Source of the DNA: Giardia intestinalis
Lineage: Eukaryota
Reading direction: 5' to 3' (one strand)
DNA: 64,000 bases
Assembly: GCA_000002435.2 (NCBI GenBank)
Contig: CM018791.1
The notes below the pieces were generated by a model. The model did not search any database. It saw only the letters and a list, made by a program, of their open reading frames with translations, and was not told the DNA's origin. Shown here one piece after another: positions 41,513-54,520 of the stretch (position 1 is the stretch's first letter; the number at the start of each line of letters is the position of its first letter). The position numbers and the translations under genes were made by a program.

Positions 41513-43063
41513 GTCCCTCGATAGACTGGGGTGATCGTAGCTGTGGTGACTGGGGGCTGTCTATCTGTGACTCATCCCTCTGTGTGCTCGTGGTCTGTGA
41601 GTGCCTCCACCCAGACAACCCTCAGGAGCCGTGCACGCCGGGACAGAGAGGATGACCAGGGGGTCAGGCAGCCCTGCCATGAGGGTGCATAGCAACCAGC
41701 CTGAGATGCAGGGCCTGCTCGAGCGATGGTAGTGGCAGACGACTCCCTCTGACAGCGACCCTTGATGACTGCACTGGTCTGCTTTCGAGGCTGAGTGACA
41801 GTGTGCACAGATGGACATGAGTGCAGGAGGACCATCCACACACGGACAGACTGTGCCCCCATACGAGAGTACCAGGCAACCACCCGAGCACCCGAGAGGC
41901 AGTGACAGACACGGGCACCAGAGATCCCCGGCCAGACACATTACTGTGCTCATCCACAGGGGCATCAGAGGACCAGATGGAGTCACCCTCACAATCAGGG
42001 TATGATAGGAAGCCAGAGGACTCAAGCAGCACAGCAGAGCAAAGGGGGCCCAAGGGAGGCACACTCCAGCAGGTGAGCAGTGGCAGAGCCTTGATAGCTG
42101 CCAGGGTCTCCATGACACCCAGGCAGGCACCAGACTCCGAAGACTCGCTGGCCTCCACCGATGATCCGAGGGGGCAGCAACCAGAGGAGTGGGGAGACCT
42201 TAGGATACCACAAGAGGCCCGGCTGTCCAGCAGGCTATGAGGCAGACAGGTGACCTCTGAGCACCATAAGGCACAGAGCCGACAATCAGAGTGATGCCCG
42301 ATCACAGAGATGACCACGAGCACCATCCACCGCACTCTGAGGGGCTGTCAATCATTCACTGCCTCTCATAGCAGACCTCCTTGAGGGCAGTGCAGTGGGT
42401 CCCAGCTCATGCAGGAGGGTGTGTGCCTCCCCTGGCATAGGACACCCCGGCTCTCCCCGAGGGGTCATCAGAGCCACGAGAGGGGTCAAGGTCCCGATAG
42501 ATCACACTGGGAACTCCTGAGGGCACAGCAACTGAGATATGAGTGACCCCCAGCGTGCTCCTCTCTGCATGGTAGAGCATCCTGAGACCAAGGAGGCTCA
42601 CCCCTGCCTACGGACGACACACAGCGCTCCACAACGAGGACCCACCAGGAGCAGCACAGCTGACCACGGGGACAGTGCAGTCACCGGTGCCCCACCATGC
42701 CAGTCTTCTGGGCCATCACACTAGAGGCACGAGAGAACCCATCCCATCCACAGGCTCATCCACACCCCTGCTGGCCCGAGGTGAACTACCGTCGAGGCAC
42801 TGGACAGGGCATGCCAGGGGCTCAGCAGACCCGCACAGAGCAACAGGAGAGGCTGCGATGGCCTGCCTCAACCCTCACGCACCAGCCAGACAGAGAGGCA
42901 GTACTGCCTGAGATAAGGGGCCAAGGGAGGCGCTCAGTCAAGGGGACACGACACGATCGTCGGTGCCTCTGTCTCAGAGAGTGCAACGAAGGCTGGGGAT
43001 CAGACACAGCCACCTTAGCAAACAGAACGGGGATCACCCACCACCCCACTGACCCACCAGACC
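41513..43063. other. unique central spacer of the palindrome; low-complexity, strand-asymmetric (C/A-rich on + strand)
   Basis: The region between the inner repeat boundaries has no mirrored ORFs. Its composition is dominated by cac/cag/cca runs, and the ORFs within it are low-complexity and unconvincing. Confidence 0.6.
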
Positions 43064-43610
43064 CAGAGGCACATACAACACCCCACCCGGTCCCACCAGT
43101 CCCCTCCGGCCTCACCGCCCCAGCAACCCAGCCTCACCGCCCAGCCCCCACCGCCTCACCCACCAGCTGGTCGCTATAAGACCCAAGTGACCGCGACTGT
43201 AAAGCGCTGACCCAGATCCACAGCTGACCGGACACCGAGGAGCCCAGCCAGCGGAGAGCCCGGTGGCAGCCCCTGACAGACGGGGCATCTAAAAAAGGAC
43301 GGCGACCAGAGCTTCACCCACCACGAAGGAAGACCAAGGAGAGGCCCCACCGGTAGAGCAGAGAGTCTACAAGAAGGCCTGAATCCAAGGCAGATCGGCA
43401 TGGATATCCAGACAGAGCATATCCTCATGGAGTGGCCGAGGAATGCCCAGACTCTGAATATATCACTGGAGAGGACCCTCTTGTTATGCTATCCATGACC
43501 AACAGTCGTCTCTGAACTGACCAGGAAGGAGCGATGATTACCCGCACGATCTCTGGGCCACACTCAGATAGCCCCAGCAGCATAGTGTAATAAATCATAT
43601 ACAGTGACGC

Positions 43611-43617
43611 GTTTACT
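43611..43617 (-). terminator. polyadenylation signal (AGTAAAC) of right-arm VSP copy
   Basis: Mirror of 40960..40966; gtttact on + equals agtaaac on -. Confidence 0.5.
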
Positions 43618-43631
43618 ACCTAAGTACACAT

Positions 43632-45287
43632 CTACGCCTTCCCCCTACATATGAACCACCAGCAGAGGAACCCTACGAGACCACCCACAACAACCACCAC
43701 AGCAACGGAGATACCCGCGATGGCCCCAGTGGAGAGGCCGCTCTTGTTCGTGCTTCCGCCGTTGTTATCGTTATCGCCGTTGTTAGTGGCGTCTGTTTTA
43801 ACATAGCAGGTAACAGGAGTCGGCGCATTAGGAGACGAAGGAGCTTTACAGCTCACGCAATTAGGTACGCCTTGGATGTTACCACTTGTTTCAGAACACT
43901 TTTTACACTCTTTTCCAGTGTCAAGATAGTATCCAGAATAGCACTCAGTACACGTCTTAACATCGCTATCGCCGCTGCACTTTGAGCAGTTGGCTGGACA
44001 CGGGGGACACGCGCCTGTTTGAGGATCTGCATTCTGTCCATTGGCGCAGTTTGCACACTTTCCATTGGCCCCTGCGGCTATGCACAACGTGTTACCTGGA
44101 AATGCCCCGGTTTTATAGCATCCGCCAGATTCTAAGAAGTATGCGCCCGTGCAACTAGTGCAGACTCCCTCTCCAGCCACACACTCTGTGGCTGCGCGGG
44201 CTGTTGTAGAGACGCACATGCCGTTTATCGGAACGAACCCTGTCTTGCACCTGCTGCAATACTTGGATCCCCCAACGACGGCCGTGCACTGGCCAGCTTC
44301 GCAGTTCTCTGCGTACCTTCCCGTGCACTCCTGGATGCATTTGCCAGTAGTCAGATCACCATCATGCTCAAGTACAGACCCGGGGTAGCAGGCCGTACAG
44401 GAGGTCTCCTTGTCGTCGGTCTGGCAGCCAGCGCACGACTCGTGGCAGAGGGTGCACACCTTGTTGTTGGCATATGTGCCAGCAGGGCAACCGAGCATGC
44501 ACTCGTCCTTCAGGGGGCTCAGATTATTATTAGTACACTCAGAGCACGTAACCATTGGACCTGCTCTTGCAGACGTTGCTTTGAGGGAGCACTTCTTGCA
44601 GTCGGCTATGCCACCCTTATCGGCCTCACTACACAGAGCACATACCTTCTTGTTATTACTCTGTGCATCAGTGGTGGGGAAGAATCCGTTATTGCAGTTC
44701 CCTTCGTCAACACAAGAGGTTGTCCCTGATTCTGTCTTCAGATACTTATCCGCCTGGCACTCAGTGCATGTGGCGGCCTTGGGAGTGCCATTCTGTGCTT
44801 CGCCGGGTTGCTCACACTTACCACACCCGGCCACGCCCGTGTACTTCTTATTGTCAGTAAGCGTCACGCCCGTTGTATCCCCGCATGAAACAACCGAGTC
44901 GTGCGCATTATCAGCGCCCGGCGGCAGGAAGTACCCAGCCTTAACCTGTGTGCACTTACCAGCAGCTGCATCTCCGCACATCACATTACCAGGAGCCTTG
45001 GTTGTTACATAGCATCCTCCTTTGTACATGAAAGTTTCTAGAAGACATTTTCCGCACGTCTGATCTGCATCAGCAACGCCATCAGCATTCTTGCACTTTG
45101 TGTTGCTATCAGTAGCACCTGCACATTGCCCATCAATTGGAACCTTTCCTGTTTGACATTGCGTACAGATTTCAGTGCCACCAACCATTTCGCAATGATT
45201 GGCTTCACAGTTATCTTTAGCAGTTCCCTCCGCGCTACATTCTGCTGCAAGAGCACTCAGCACAAAGTAGAAAGCTACCAACAACAT
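43632..45287 (-). CDS. vsp: variant-specific surface protein (VSP), identical second copy
   Basis: A 551-aa protein identical to 39290..40945, with ATG verified (cat at 45285-45287 on +) and the CRGKA tail. Confidence 0.9.
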   Translation of the reverse strand: MLLVAFYFVLSALAAECSAEGTAKDNCEANHCEMVGGTEICTQCQTGKVPIDGQCAGATDSNTKCKNADGVADADQTCGKCLLETFMYKGGCYVTTKAPGNVMCGDAAAGKCTQVKAGYFLPPGADNAHDSVVSCGDTTGVTLTDNKKYTGVAGCGKCEQPGEAQNGTPKAATCTECQADKYLKTESGTTSCVDEGNCNNGFFPTTDAQSNNKKVCALCSEADKGGIADCKKCSLKATSARAGPMVTCSECTNNNLSPLKDECMLGCPAGTYANNKVCTLCHESCAGCQTDDKETSCTACYPGSVLEHDGDLTTGKCIQECTGRYAENCEAGQCTAVVGGSKYCSRCKTGFVPINGMCVSTTARAATECVAGEGVCTSCTGAYFLESGGCYKTGAFPGNTLCIAAGANGKCANCANGQNADPQTGACPPCPANCSKCSGDSDVKTCTECYSGYYLDTGKECKKCSETSGNIQGVPNCVSCKAPSSPNAPTPVTCYVKTDATNNGDNDNNGGSTNKSGLSTGAIAGISVAVVVVVGGLVGFLCWWFICRGKA

Positions 45288-48200
45288 TGAGGTCCTTCTC
45301 AGCTTATCGCATGAGTAAGAATAAAATACTTAAGACTAAAGACCTGACTTACTATATACTGTGCTAATTAATCCAAAGAGATTCGTCTCCTACGATACCT
45401 CTGCTTAGGACATAGAAGCTCATCAAATACTAAGTACATCTACTGCATACAGCCCACGCGAGCTCTCTGGGCCTGAACTCCATACCCCCTGCACAACACG
45501 CAGGGAAACAAAAAATCCAAAAATAGGTGGTGAAACTTCTTCACACGCTCGCCGCCTCTCTACCCTGCGGCCAATCAAAAGACAGCTCAGGTGCCCCTGC
45601 TGTGCCGTGGGTTCGTTGCTGGCTCCTCTCCTGGGGTCTCTACGTCCCTGATGAGTCAGCTCCCTGTGCCTTCCTTGCGCGGATCGGGCCCCTACGGACC
45701 CCCATGCGCCGATGACCTCGTTTCCGCCTCTGTTGCATCATCACTTCCTTAGATTATGTCTGCGACTCCCGGCTGTCGTGAGAGAACCGCACTCAAGGAC
45801 AGTCTTGTGCGAGATCCCGAGAAAAGGCTACAGTGATCGCTAAGGCCCGTAGAAGTGTGAATCAGTATAGATTAGCCTACGAGGCGCTCTGGTTTGTTGG
45901 GTGTGCATGGCGCTATTTCTGATCTTTTGTAATGAATACTTTAAGATATCCTATCGCATGACAGGGTGTCAATTGGGCTTCAGAGAGCGTAGGCCAGCAC
46001 TCCTAAATCTAGACAAGGAGAAAACCTTGCCCAAACTGTGTCACCCCCTAAACTGATGGAGCAGGACTCTTATCCTCCCCTCTGGATCATCCTAGTGCTG
46101 TCGCTACCATCGCTAGTGGAGGCAGCCGGGTTTGCAGTACTTTGAGCCTGCTAGTGTAAGGCTTTAAGCCCTCAGAGCTTCCTACATGTGGATGCTTGTG
46201 AGGAAAGAATAGAATCCAAGGAGACCGCGCTGGTTTGCCAGGCGTTGGCCGGATGCCTGGTCCAGTACCTTTTGTGACCTCCTGTGGGTGTTAGAGCAGT
46301 TGACCCCCATCTGTTGATAAGGGAATCGAATAGCATTCGCTCATGACCTTTGGTCCGAGCTGTAGTTGGCCCTGAGGAGACATGCCAATCAGCGTAAGCG
46401 TCCTACCTCTTGACTCACGAATCATGCCACACTGTAGGGGTTGTACTAGTGCACCTTAGCATGCGTTAAATAATGCATAGAAGGCCGGGATCTTCTTGTC
46501 ATATAGCTATAGGAGTCAGATAAAGCCCTACTGAGGACATCATATCCTGCAATCTTCTATGGCTCCACTAGGGGCCAAAAGAACCGCCGTACACAGACTG
46601 GTATGGAAAGTGGGATCCAGCAGCATACATCTTGAGCTGGGAGTCCCATAAGCATGCATTTCTGATACAATTCCATCACGGATCTTGTAGGAAGCTGACC
46701 TAGGCTAGTGACTGGAAGGTCTTCAACAGGAAAGCGGGTGCTGTGATTGTTGAAAGCCTGTCTACTTATCGTTATGAAGAACACCTACTGATGCTTATTG
46801 CTGCGGGGTGGATGGGGCTTACTCGCCTGTGAGATTTGACTGATGTGCGTTGTAGACGATCGACGAAACTGATGTTACTCTCTATTCGTTGGCTCTACAT
46901 GAATGAGCGAACTCTGTAGTTGGCCGGTTATTCTAGAAAGTCCTGCACCTATAAGGTCACAGCTACAACTTGCATTAGACAAATAAAGGGTTCCATTGAG
47001 CTGTAATGCTCTCTGGAGGTCCTGCGGGGTGCGCAGCTACATCAGTGCAGCCACCGAAATGGCAGCCCTGCCTAATTGAATTTCGCAGATCCAGAGTACA
47101 GTGCAGTACCTTTCAGTTTATGAAGTCAAGCCTACCTCAGACAACGAGGACAGATGGAGACCCGGAAGCGATCAATGTTAGCCTAGGCTGTTCCGATCCT
47201 TGCTATCCGAGGGAGCAGCAGGACCGTAGAATGGCAGAGGCCCACTTCATGCCCCTGCTCAGGAAGCCGTGTCTTGGCGGAGATATGCGCCACAGTTATT
47301 GCTGACTACCTACTGGTGAGTTATCATTTGCATTTGAGACCATTAGTTGAGTTGCTAGTTGAATCGAGAAGCAATGACAGTATTACTCAAACAATGAGCC
47401 AAGAAAGCTAATGCTGATTGTGAACCTCCCACGCTGAGCATACCCACTGTACAGGGCAAAGGATCTAACGCCCTAAGTGGTCGAATAAAGCTAAGGTGCT
47501 TGTCAATAACGATATGCATGGCTTTAGTCGGAGGCTTGCGAGGGAATGTTGGAGAGCACAAGACCTGCCGGACTATATGAGACGCACAATGAATGCCTAC
47601 GTAGTAAACTGGTTGACCCTTTCTTTGGTAGACAGGACCCTAGTCCGTAGTGGTCGCCTGTATGACGTATGCCCTTGCGGGACCGATGGAAGCACTCGCT
47701 GATCTGGAAAGGCCATCAGTAGTGGTTGCACGAGATAGACGGGCAGAGGACAAGAGCTGATCAGATCACCTTGGCTAATGAGCAATCTAAACTACGCAGT
47801 GTGTGTAGCAACCTGTGTCGAAGGTGGAGATGCATCGTAGGACGTCATGTGGCCAAGAAGCATTATTGGTGTCCATCTGGCATGGGAGGACGCAGCTGAG
47901 ACAGTGTGGATAGTGACCATATCGACCGGTACCAGCCTGTGGAGATCTCTACAATCGCTCCTCATCTGTATACGAAGGGAAGGTGAATACCCTCGGCTCC
48001 AAACGAAGCAACTCTTGATAGATATTACGCTGCCGTAAATGCATAAAATCAAAAAGCAGCGTCCAGCTTGTCTGCAGACCCTACGACCTCTCCAGGTTTA
48101 GAGGTCAGAGAGGCATTACAGGTGTCCCTGCTGTAATCCGAGCTAATAGCTAGTCTCTGTAGCGTCAGTTTTATCTCACTGATCTGTTGATTACCCTTAC

Positions 48201-51200
48201 ATTCTCCATGCGAACCGGCTCTCTAGGAGCCGCCATGCACGGATAGTCTTCCAAGCACCTAGCAGACATTCTTCCTCCTTGAAGCGTGTCACCGAGGACT
48301 AGACATTATGAGGTGAGCGCAACCAGAGGCAAATCTCCCTGTATTCTTGCTTAATACTAATAGCGAGTATGCAAGCGAGTATACAAGCTCTTGACGAGTG
48401 CATTGTGATTTAGGCCAGTCATCACACTAGGGTTATGACATTTGATGCACAGATTTCTATTTTTAGCTTTGTACGCATATCTATGTTTCACCTTGAAAGA
48501 TGGCGGAGCGCTCTGCAGGATCCTTTTGGGTATACAGCTGTCACTGTAGCTGATGGATAAGCAGTCGTAAAGACCTTATGCTTAAACAGAAGCATCTCTA
48601 GTATAACCGAGCGCTGTCTTCCATCAAAGTAGACACCTTAGATGAAATGACATCTACTCTATCTACTATGGCATTGTGCGGGCCTGTATACGCTACTAGA
48701 GAAGGATGCCGCAATATCTGCTTAATTTGTCAGGCGTATACGTCTCTTGTTGTAGCGAACGCAGTGGTAGAGACAGTCATCGCCGGAAGGTAATAGGACG
48801 TGCTAGCTCAGTGTAGCTTTATACAGGCGGAAGCTACAGTACACAACCAGGAGCATAACGCGCCGGCTGCTCATGCTACTCCCCTCCCCTGTATTGCTGT
48901 GCTTACGAGTACCTGTACTGCACTGTGTGTCAGACTGTGGCACAGAATACCCCTAGGCTACTTGTCCAGTGGATCAAAGCTAGAACGACCGATCCTATGG
49001 ACAGATGGGCATCCCGAGGAGACAGCAGCCGTTATTGTTGTTCCGGATTTTTTAGTACTCAAGCAACAAACCTATGGGGGCATCCTACTCTCCAAGTCTC
49101 TGCGCCCGTATCGAGGCGTGTTGCCTGGATGGCCTAGTCATGGCCACAAGGATGATGCAAAATGGCGGTCGTTCGCAGATCCAGCCCCCAATTCGCCCCT
49201 AGCCCTAAGTCACACTCAACTGGTGCAAGATGCTCTTCTTCGCCGTAGGTATGCCTTTCGCTAGATCGACAAGCTGCTTGTAGCAGGCTTGCCTCGCTGA
49301 CCAGCTCTGCTGGCATTTGGTCCCCTCTGGTCACTCAAGGGCGTAACCTCAGGATGGGTCCACGAGACAGCGCATGCTGATGGCAGAAGACAGCAAAGCT
49401 CTTCTCAAATATCTCGACCTATCAACTAGTGCGGTCCCAAAGCACACTGTGGGTTTTGACGGACACGCAAGTACGGATCCAGACACTTTGAGATTCTAAG
49501 ATTACTCAGCAAGGACAACACAATTCACCCTGCTTCATCTGAGAGGTCCAAGCCCCAGCTCTTCAGAAGCCCAGCATCAGTGCTCAGCTGGCTCATACGC
49601 TCTGCTGTACCTTGTTGAAAACCACATCGACGGCTCCAATTCGGCGGTTACTCTGGACTCACCAGCCATTACAGTCGTGCCACCATCAGGGCTAAGTTTC
49701 CCGCTTCACCTGTGGTCTGTTACAAAGGCATAATTCGTGACCGGATGCAAAGGGCTTGATCCATTCGGTACGCTATAGCTACCGGTGTACTTCACTAGGC
49801 TCACTGGCTCTGCCAGCATCTTCGAAGGTAGAGACGCGCCACCATCACAGATCACACAGCCCCCTGCACATCCTGGAAGGGCTCTTGTGTTGTGCAACGT
49901 CAGATCCTGCCTGTCTGATACAGAACACATGGTACTGGACGGCCAGAGAGAGAATAGTGGGCGCTTGCACCCCACACCGAACCAGTCTGACTGCACTTGG
50001 GCCATAGTTCTTTGACCCCGCTGCCATAGACAGTGAAGGACGCATCCTTCTGGAGATGGGATCTCTCGAGGGTTGGCTCAGGGTTCAGTCTGAGCCCGGA
50101 ACTCTAGGTATGGAGTGCACCACGCAATGAGGACAGTAGTAGCAGGGACACTGTTTGGACCAGGTGGCCTTCTCACATTCCTCATTGCACGTGCCTGCAT
50201 CCCATGCGGTCCACTCCTTCGATATGTAACAGTTGTGACCCAGATGGTTAGACTTTGGACCCACGTGCTATTGCACCTGTTGTAGCAGCAAAGAGGACGA
50301 GTCACTTGCTTGTAGGCTTTGTCTACCTTCAGGCCTATCCAGATCTGCTACTGTGCTAACACTACTGGTACCACGCAGCCTATGTGATGGTCATGTCCCC
50401 TTCATGCCATTCTTGATACCAAGTCCGATAGGAGCATCCAACAGAATATCCCTGGCGTTGTGCAGTCTTCATATGATGATCGCGTTAGACTCACTGCGCA
50501 CCCACCGTTGCAGTAGTTGAATTGCTGGGCTCGGGCACTGCTGGATACTTTTACTGATAGACGATGCCAGAAAAAGCAAAGATAAAAGGCCTCAAAACCC
50601 CCTGTCCGTGAATGGACTCGTTATGTGCAACGTGCCTACCTCTATCGTGTCATGTAAGACAGTAGGATTTTGCTGGCACAGTACATTGATACAGTGATGA
50701 TGCAGAGAAGGCAGCTCTGACTTACATAGCGATAGAAAGCCCGGTGATATAGATAGCGACATTATGTGATGGCGGACCCTAGCCGATAGGCCATGGGGAT
50801 ACAGAGCCCTTGCAACAAAGCTGTTCTTCGCATGAAATAGTAGAGTAGCATGATGCACCACGGGAGAGAGTCCCGCTTCCTCGTTCTGTCTGTTACACTA
50901 TAGCCCAAGCATCGAACTCGCTGATGGCTCCTTATTCATTCCCCTATGAAGCCTCTGGGCACCTGTTTAATCATACTACTTAGCCCTACATAAGAATAAA
51001 ATCCACACCTAGCACTAACAATTGAATACCTCATTCTGCCATAACATTTCCGGTGTACTGATTCCAATCTCGAGCAGCTGAGTGGTTGGATGCATCCTTG
51101 TCAGGGGTAGTGTAGGCATGAAAGACTAGACCCCAACGACAGGTTTGCACTTTAACTTCTCTTGTTTACTCCTTGGTGGCGCCCTATCTCTCCACTTAGG

Positions 51201-52290
51201 CGTGTGTTCTGAGATTGCCATAAGGCAGACAATGGGATCTTGCAGGACTAAAAGCACCGATGCCATCTACCTCCAGAATCTGGTAATCTGGGCACCCACG
51301 TCGCAGTTCTGGCAAACAACACCTTGTTCCTATACCATCCGCTCTGACCATGTGCTTCTCTTCCCTGAGCCATTCTCGATGACAATATTCATATTGACAC
51401 GGAGAGCTGTTCTGTCATGCAAAGTGGTTTTGCTTCGAGCCGGTTGTATGGCAATCCAGTTGTTCCTCATCCTCTCACAGTTTTCTCTGCAGCAGTCCCC
51501 TAGTGATAACGCTGTACGGCTCGAATCTCTAACAAGGTGCCTTACTAATATGTCGCTCTTCTGTATACGTTCGGCGCCCAGCTGGCCCACGCTGTCTCCG
51601 TAGCTTAGTTGGATGCCTCCATGCACAGGGATTCGTCTGGCAAAAGTGGCTGTGCCGTATAATGGATTGTGTTGATCTGCATAATCGGAAGTGCATGCCT
51701 TTTGTTCGTATGCTGCTGAGGGCGCTGGCTGCAATGCGTGTCGAGAATAGATTGCTTTGGATCGGATTACCCTGTGCCTTTTGCGCTCTAGGGGCTAGGA
51801 TCTTACTCCCCCAATACTAGTGCCGGACTCCAGTTGGATTATAGAAAAGGGGCTCTGTCCAGCTCTGGCCTTCTTAGTACGAAGATGCTAAGGATGCCTC
51901 TAGGATCCTCTCTGCTGCGGTTCTATGTGCGCCTACACTGGTCTGCAGTGGTAAGACGGTCCCTATCCTAGTTTTGGCCTCTCGCTATGTCGAGTACAGA
52001 GAACTTGGGACGCCTCTGGGTTTCGCTCCTACAGCAGAATGAAACAAGGGCACGGGGCTCTAGGCTTTGCTAGATACTTGTCTGGATGAAGGAGTGAGCG
52101 CTAATGTCAGAGGTTTTGGCTGGCTGGTGTGTTGGTGGCATGCTCGGCATAAACTGGTGTCGGCCTGTTCTTCTCGGAGCCTCGGTAAAGTCGGTCGGCT
52201 ATGAAGGGAAGGAGCTTATGACAGTCTGTCCAGTGTAACCGACAACATCTTTGCTTAGGATAGATTTACCATCTAGTTCATCAGAGTGTG

Positions 52291-54520
52291 TCAATGAGTG
52301 TCATCTAGTACCGTGAAAGTCGGCGTTACCGTGCACTCCATCTTCTGAGAGCATAGCTTTAGGTAGTATTGTTTGTCTCGGAGCTCCTGCATCCTCTCAG
52401 CACAGCTATCTAGATAGATCGTGTTGAGTCCTGCCACTCCCTCGACTCCGTCAAGTGCACAAACCTCCTTTCCTGCCTGCATTAGCGTGACCGAGAACCT
52501 TCTACGAGGCAAGGGAAACACAAACCCGTGCCTATGGATAGTGAAGCTCAGAGGATCCCGCACAGTAATGGCGTCTGGAACGTCTCTGACCAGGTATCTG
52601 CTCGCCTTGACCTCAAAGTCATCCGAAGTGTTCGTGAACATGGGACTGTTGGAGCGCATGCGGACGAAGTAGTTAGGGCCAGAGGGGACAGAGGCCGGAA
52701 GAGTGTCGGCATAGAGCCCCGTGTTAGGGGCAGAGCGGGTGAACGTGTGGCGCAGGTAGCTTTTCGATCCGACCTTTTCGTACAAAAGGATCGTCATCTC
52801 AGTGCTGGCCGTTAGGTTGCTGGTCCATCGGATTGTAACTGCACCGCCGGGGACCCAGACACTCTGCGTAGACGGCTCCGTAATAAGCAGGGGCACGTCG
52901 CCAATAGGCTCAGGTTCGGGCTCAGGTTCGGGATCTGGGTCGGGCTGTGGTTCCGGGTCGGGCACGGGATCCTTCTTATCAGACGGGGCCGGGAGATCAT
53001 CTGCAGGGTAGCCGTACGACGTGACATGCAGCGGTCCCACATCGGCGTACGCGAAGGGGGACGTCTCTGAGCGCAGTCGGAGGTACGCAGCTGAGCAGTT
53101 GCCATAGGAAGACGGCAGGCGGACCTCGATGCTTCCCGAGGGAGGCAGGCCAGCAGCGATGACATCCAGCAGTCGCTCTCCGCAATACGCCTGGAGAAGC
53201 AGCTTTGCACTCGTCCCCGTTGAGGCGTACGAAATCTGCAGGCCCTCGGCCAACGCAGTCACCTGTGCGCCGGCGACCGGGTTGGATATCGTGATGACTG
53301 CTTCATCGTTGTGCTTCTTCTCTATTGTGAGCACTGCGCTTGCGGATAGGACGGGAACGGTGTCGGACGTGGTCAGGGTCAGCGCATGCCTGCCAGCGCT
53401 CATGCTCGACGGGGCCACGCAGGACTGCGCCCCCTTACTGAGCTCCATCAGCACAGACGCGCCGTCCATCAACTTGCAGGGCACCTGGAGCGGTGCAGCG
53501 AACCGGAGTGTGACGCTCTCTCCCTCCTGTCCCTGATAGCTAGTCTTGTCGAATGCCAGCGTGAAGTAGGACGCCAACGAGAAGCGCGCAGACGTTGCGT
53601 CTCCAGTGCTGGTTGTCAGGTAGTATTGCCCTGCAGACGTGTCTCGAGGTATGGTAACGCGGGCGGTGCCACTAGAGGTCGTCAGCTTAACGAGCGACGT
53701 CACCGCTCCTGCTTCTGACTTCAGCTGGAGCTCTGCAGGGGTCGCTACCTCCTTGTACGGTATTGCAATCTCGTATCCAGCAATGTACGTTTTGGCCGCC
53801 TCTACAGTGATTGTGCCGTTTTGGGGCTCCGGCTTAGGAGTCGTGTCTATAGGCAGCGCTGAACCGGGCCACGTCTCGATCTTGAGCTCGTTGGACCCGC
53901 GCTTGATCTTGAAGTAGCCTTGGTCGCCCCAATTGGTGCCGTACGTGTTCGCACAGTCCCAGTAGGGTACACCGTTCTCCTCGCCCCACCCGACTATCAT
54001 CACGGCGTGGCCTCCCCCCAGCTTCGTATTGGGGCCGGAGCTGTAGATGCCCTTCTTGTCCTTGGAGGGGAAGTCGTTGGCCAGGTACATGGAGACCGCA
54101 ATGGGCCCGTTCTGGTATATGTCGCGCATCATCGCGTCCACGCCGCTGAGCCTGTAGGGCGCCTTGTTCTTAATGGTGCGGTCCTTGGGGCGCTTATCCT
54201 TGCAGACGGTCTTGCACGTCTCCGTGGGGTAGGGATACGTCCGGTTCCAGTAGTCCTCGCAGGTGTCGTACACCATGCCCGTCGTCTCTCCGAACTTCAG
54301 CGACGCAAGGGAATTGCCGCCACGGCACCCGTTGTTCTGGATGTTCAGATACTTGGTGTGGTCGCACGTGACGAGGTCCTCGAGGCTCACAAGCCTGCTG
54401 TCGTTGAGCTGGAGGCACCGCCGGGCAGTGACCATCTCCACCGCCGCCGCCGCGTAGCAGCAGCCGCACGAGCCCTGGTTTATGATCTGGATGCACCGGT
54501 GGCCCCGGTAGGTGAAGTTG
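52291..54520 (-). pseudogene. 5'-truncated copy of cathepsin B-like protease (no ATG, no signal/pro region)
   Basis: Identical to the left copy from ...NFTYRGHRCIQ onward. The palindrome boundary at 54520 replaces the first 62 codons with unrelated sequence. The track 'M' at 54642 is TTG, and an in-frame stop (tga) lies 5 codons upstream. The first in-frame ATG comes only after the catalytic Cys. Confidence 0.6.

Larger units (their letters stand above)
43064..54520. repeat. right arm of giant inverted repeat (palindrome)
   Basis: Reverse complement of 30057..41512; see left arm. Confidence 0.85.

Noticed and set aside
41561-42335. ORFs in the palindrome spacer (41561..42130 -, 41664..42335 -, 41821..42240 +)
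   Set aside because: Low-complexity Cys/Ser/Pro/His-rich translations of a strand-biased C/A-rich sequence. They overlap each other in different frames and are not mirrored. They are most likely non-coding.
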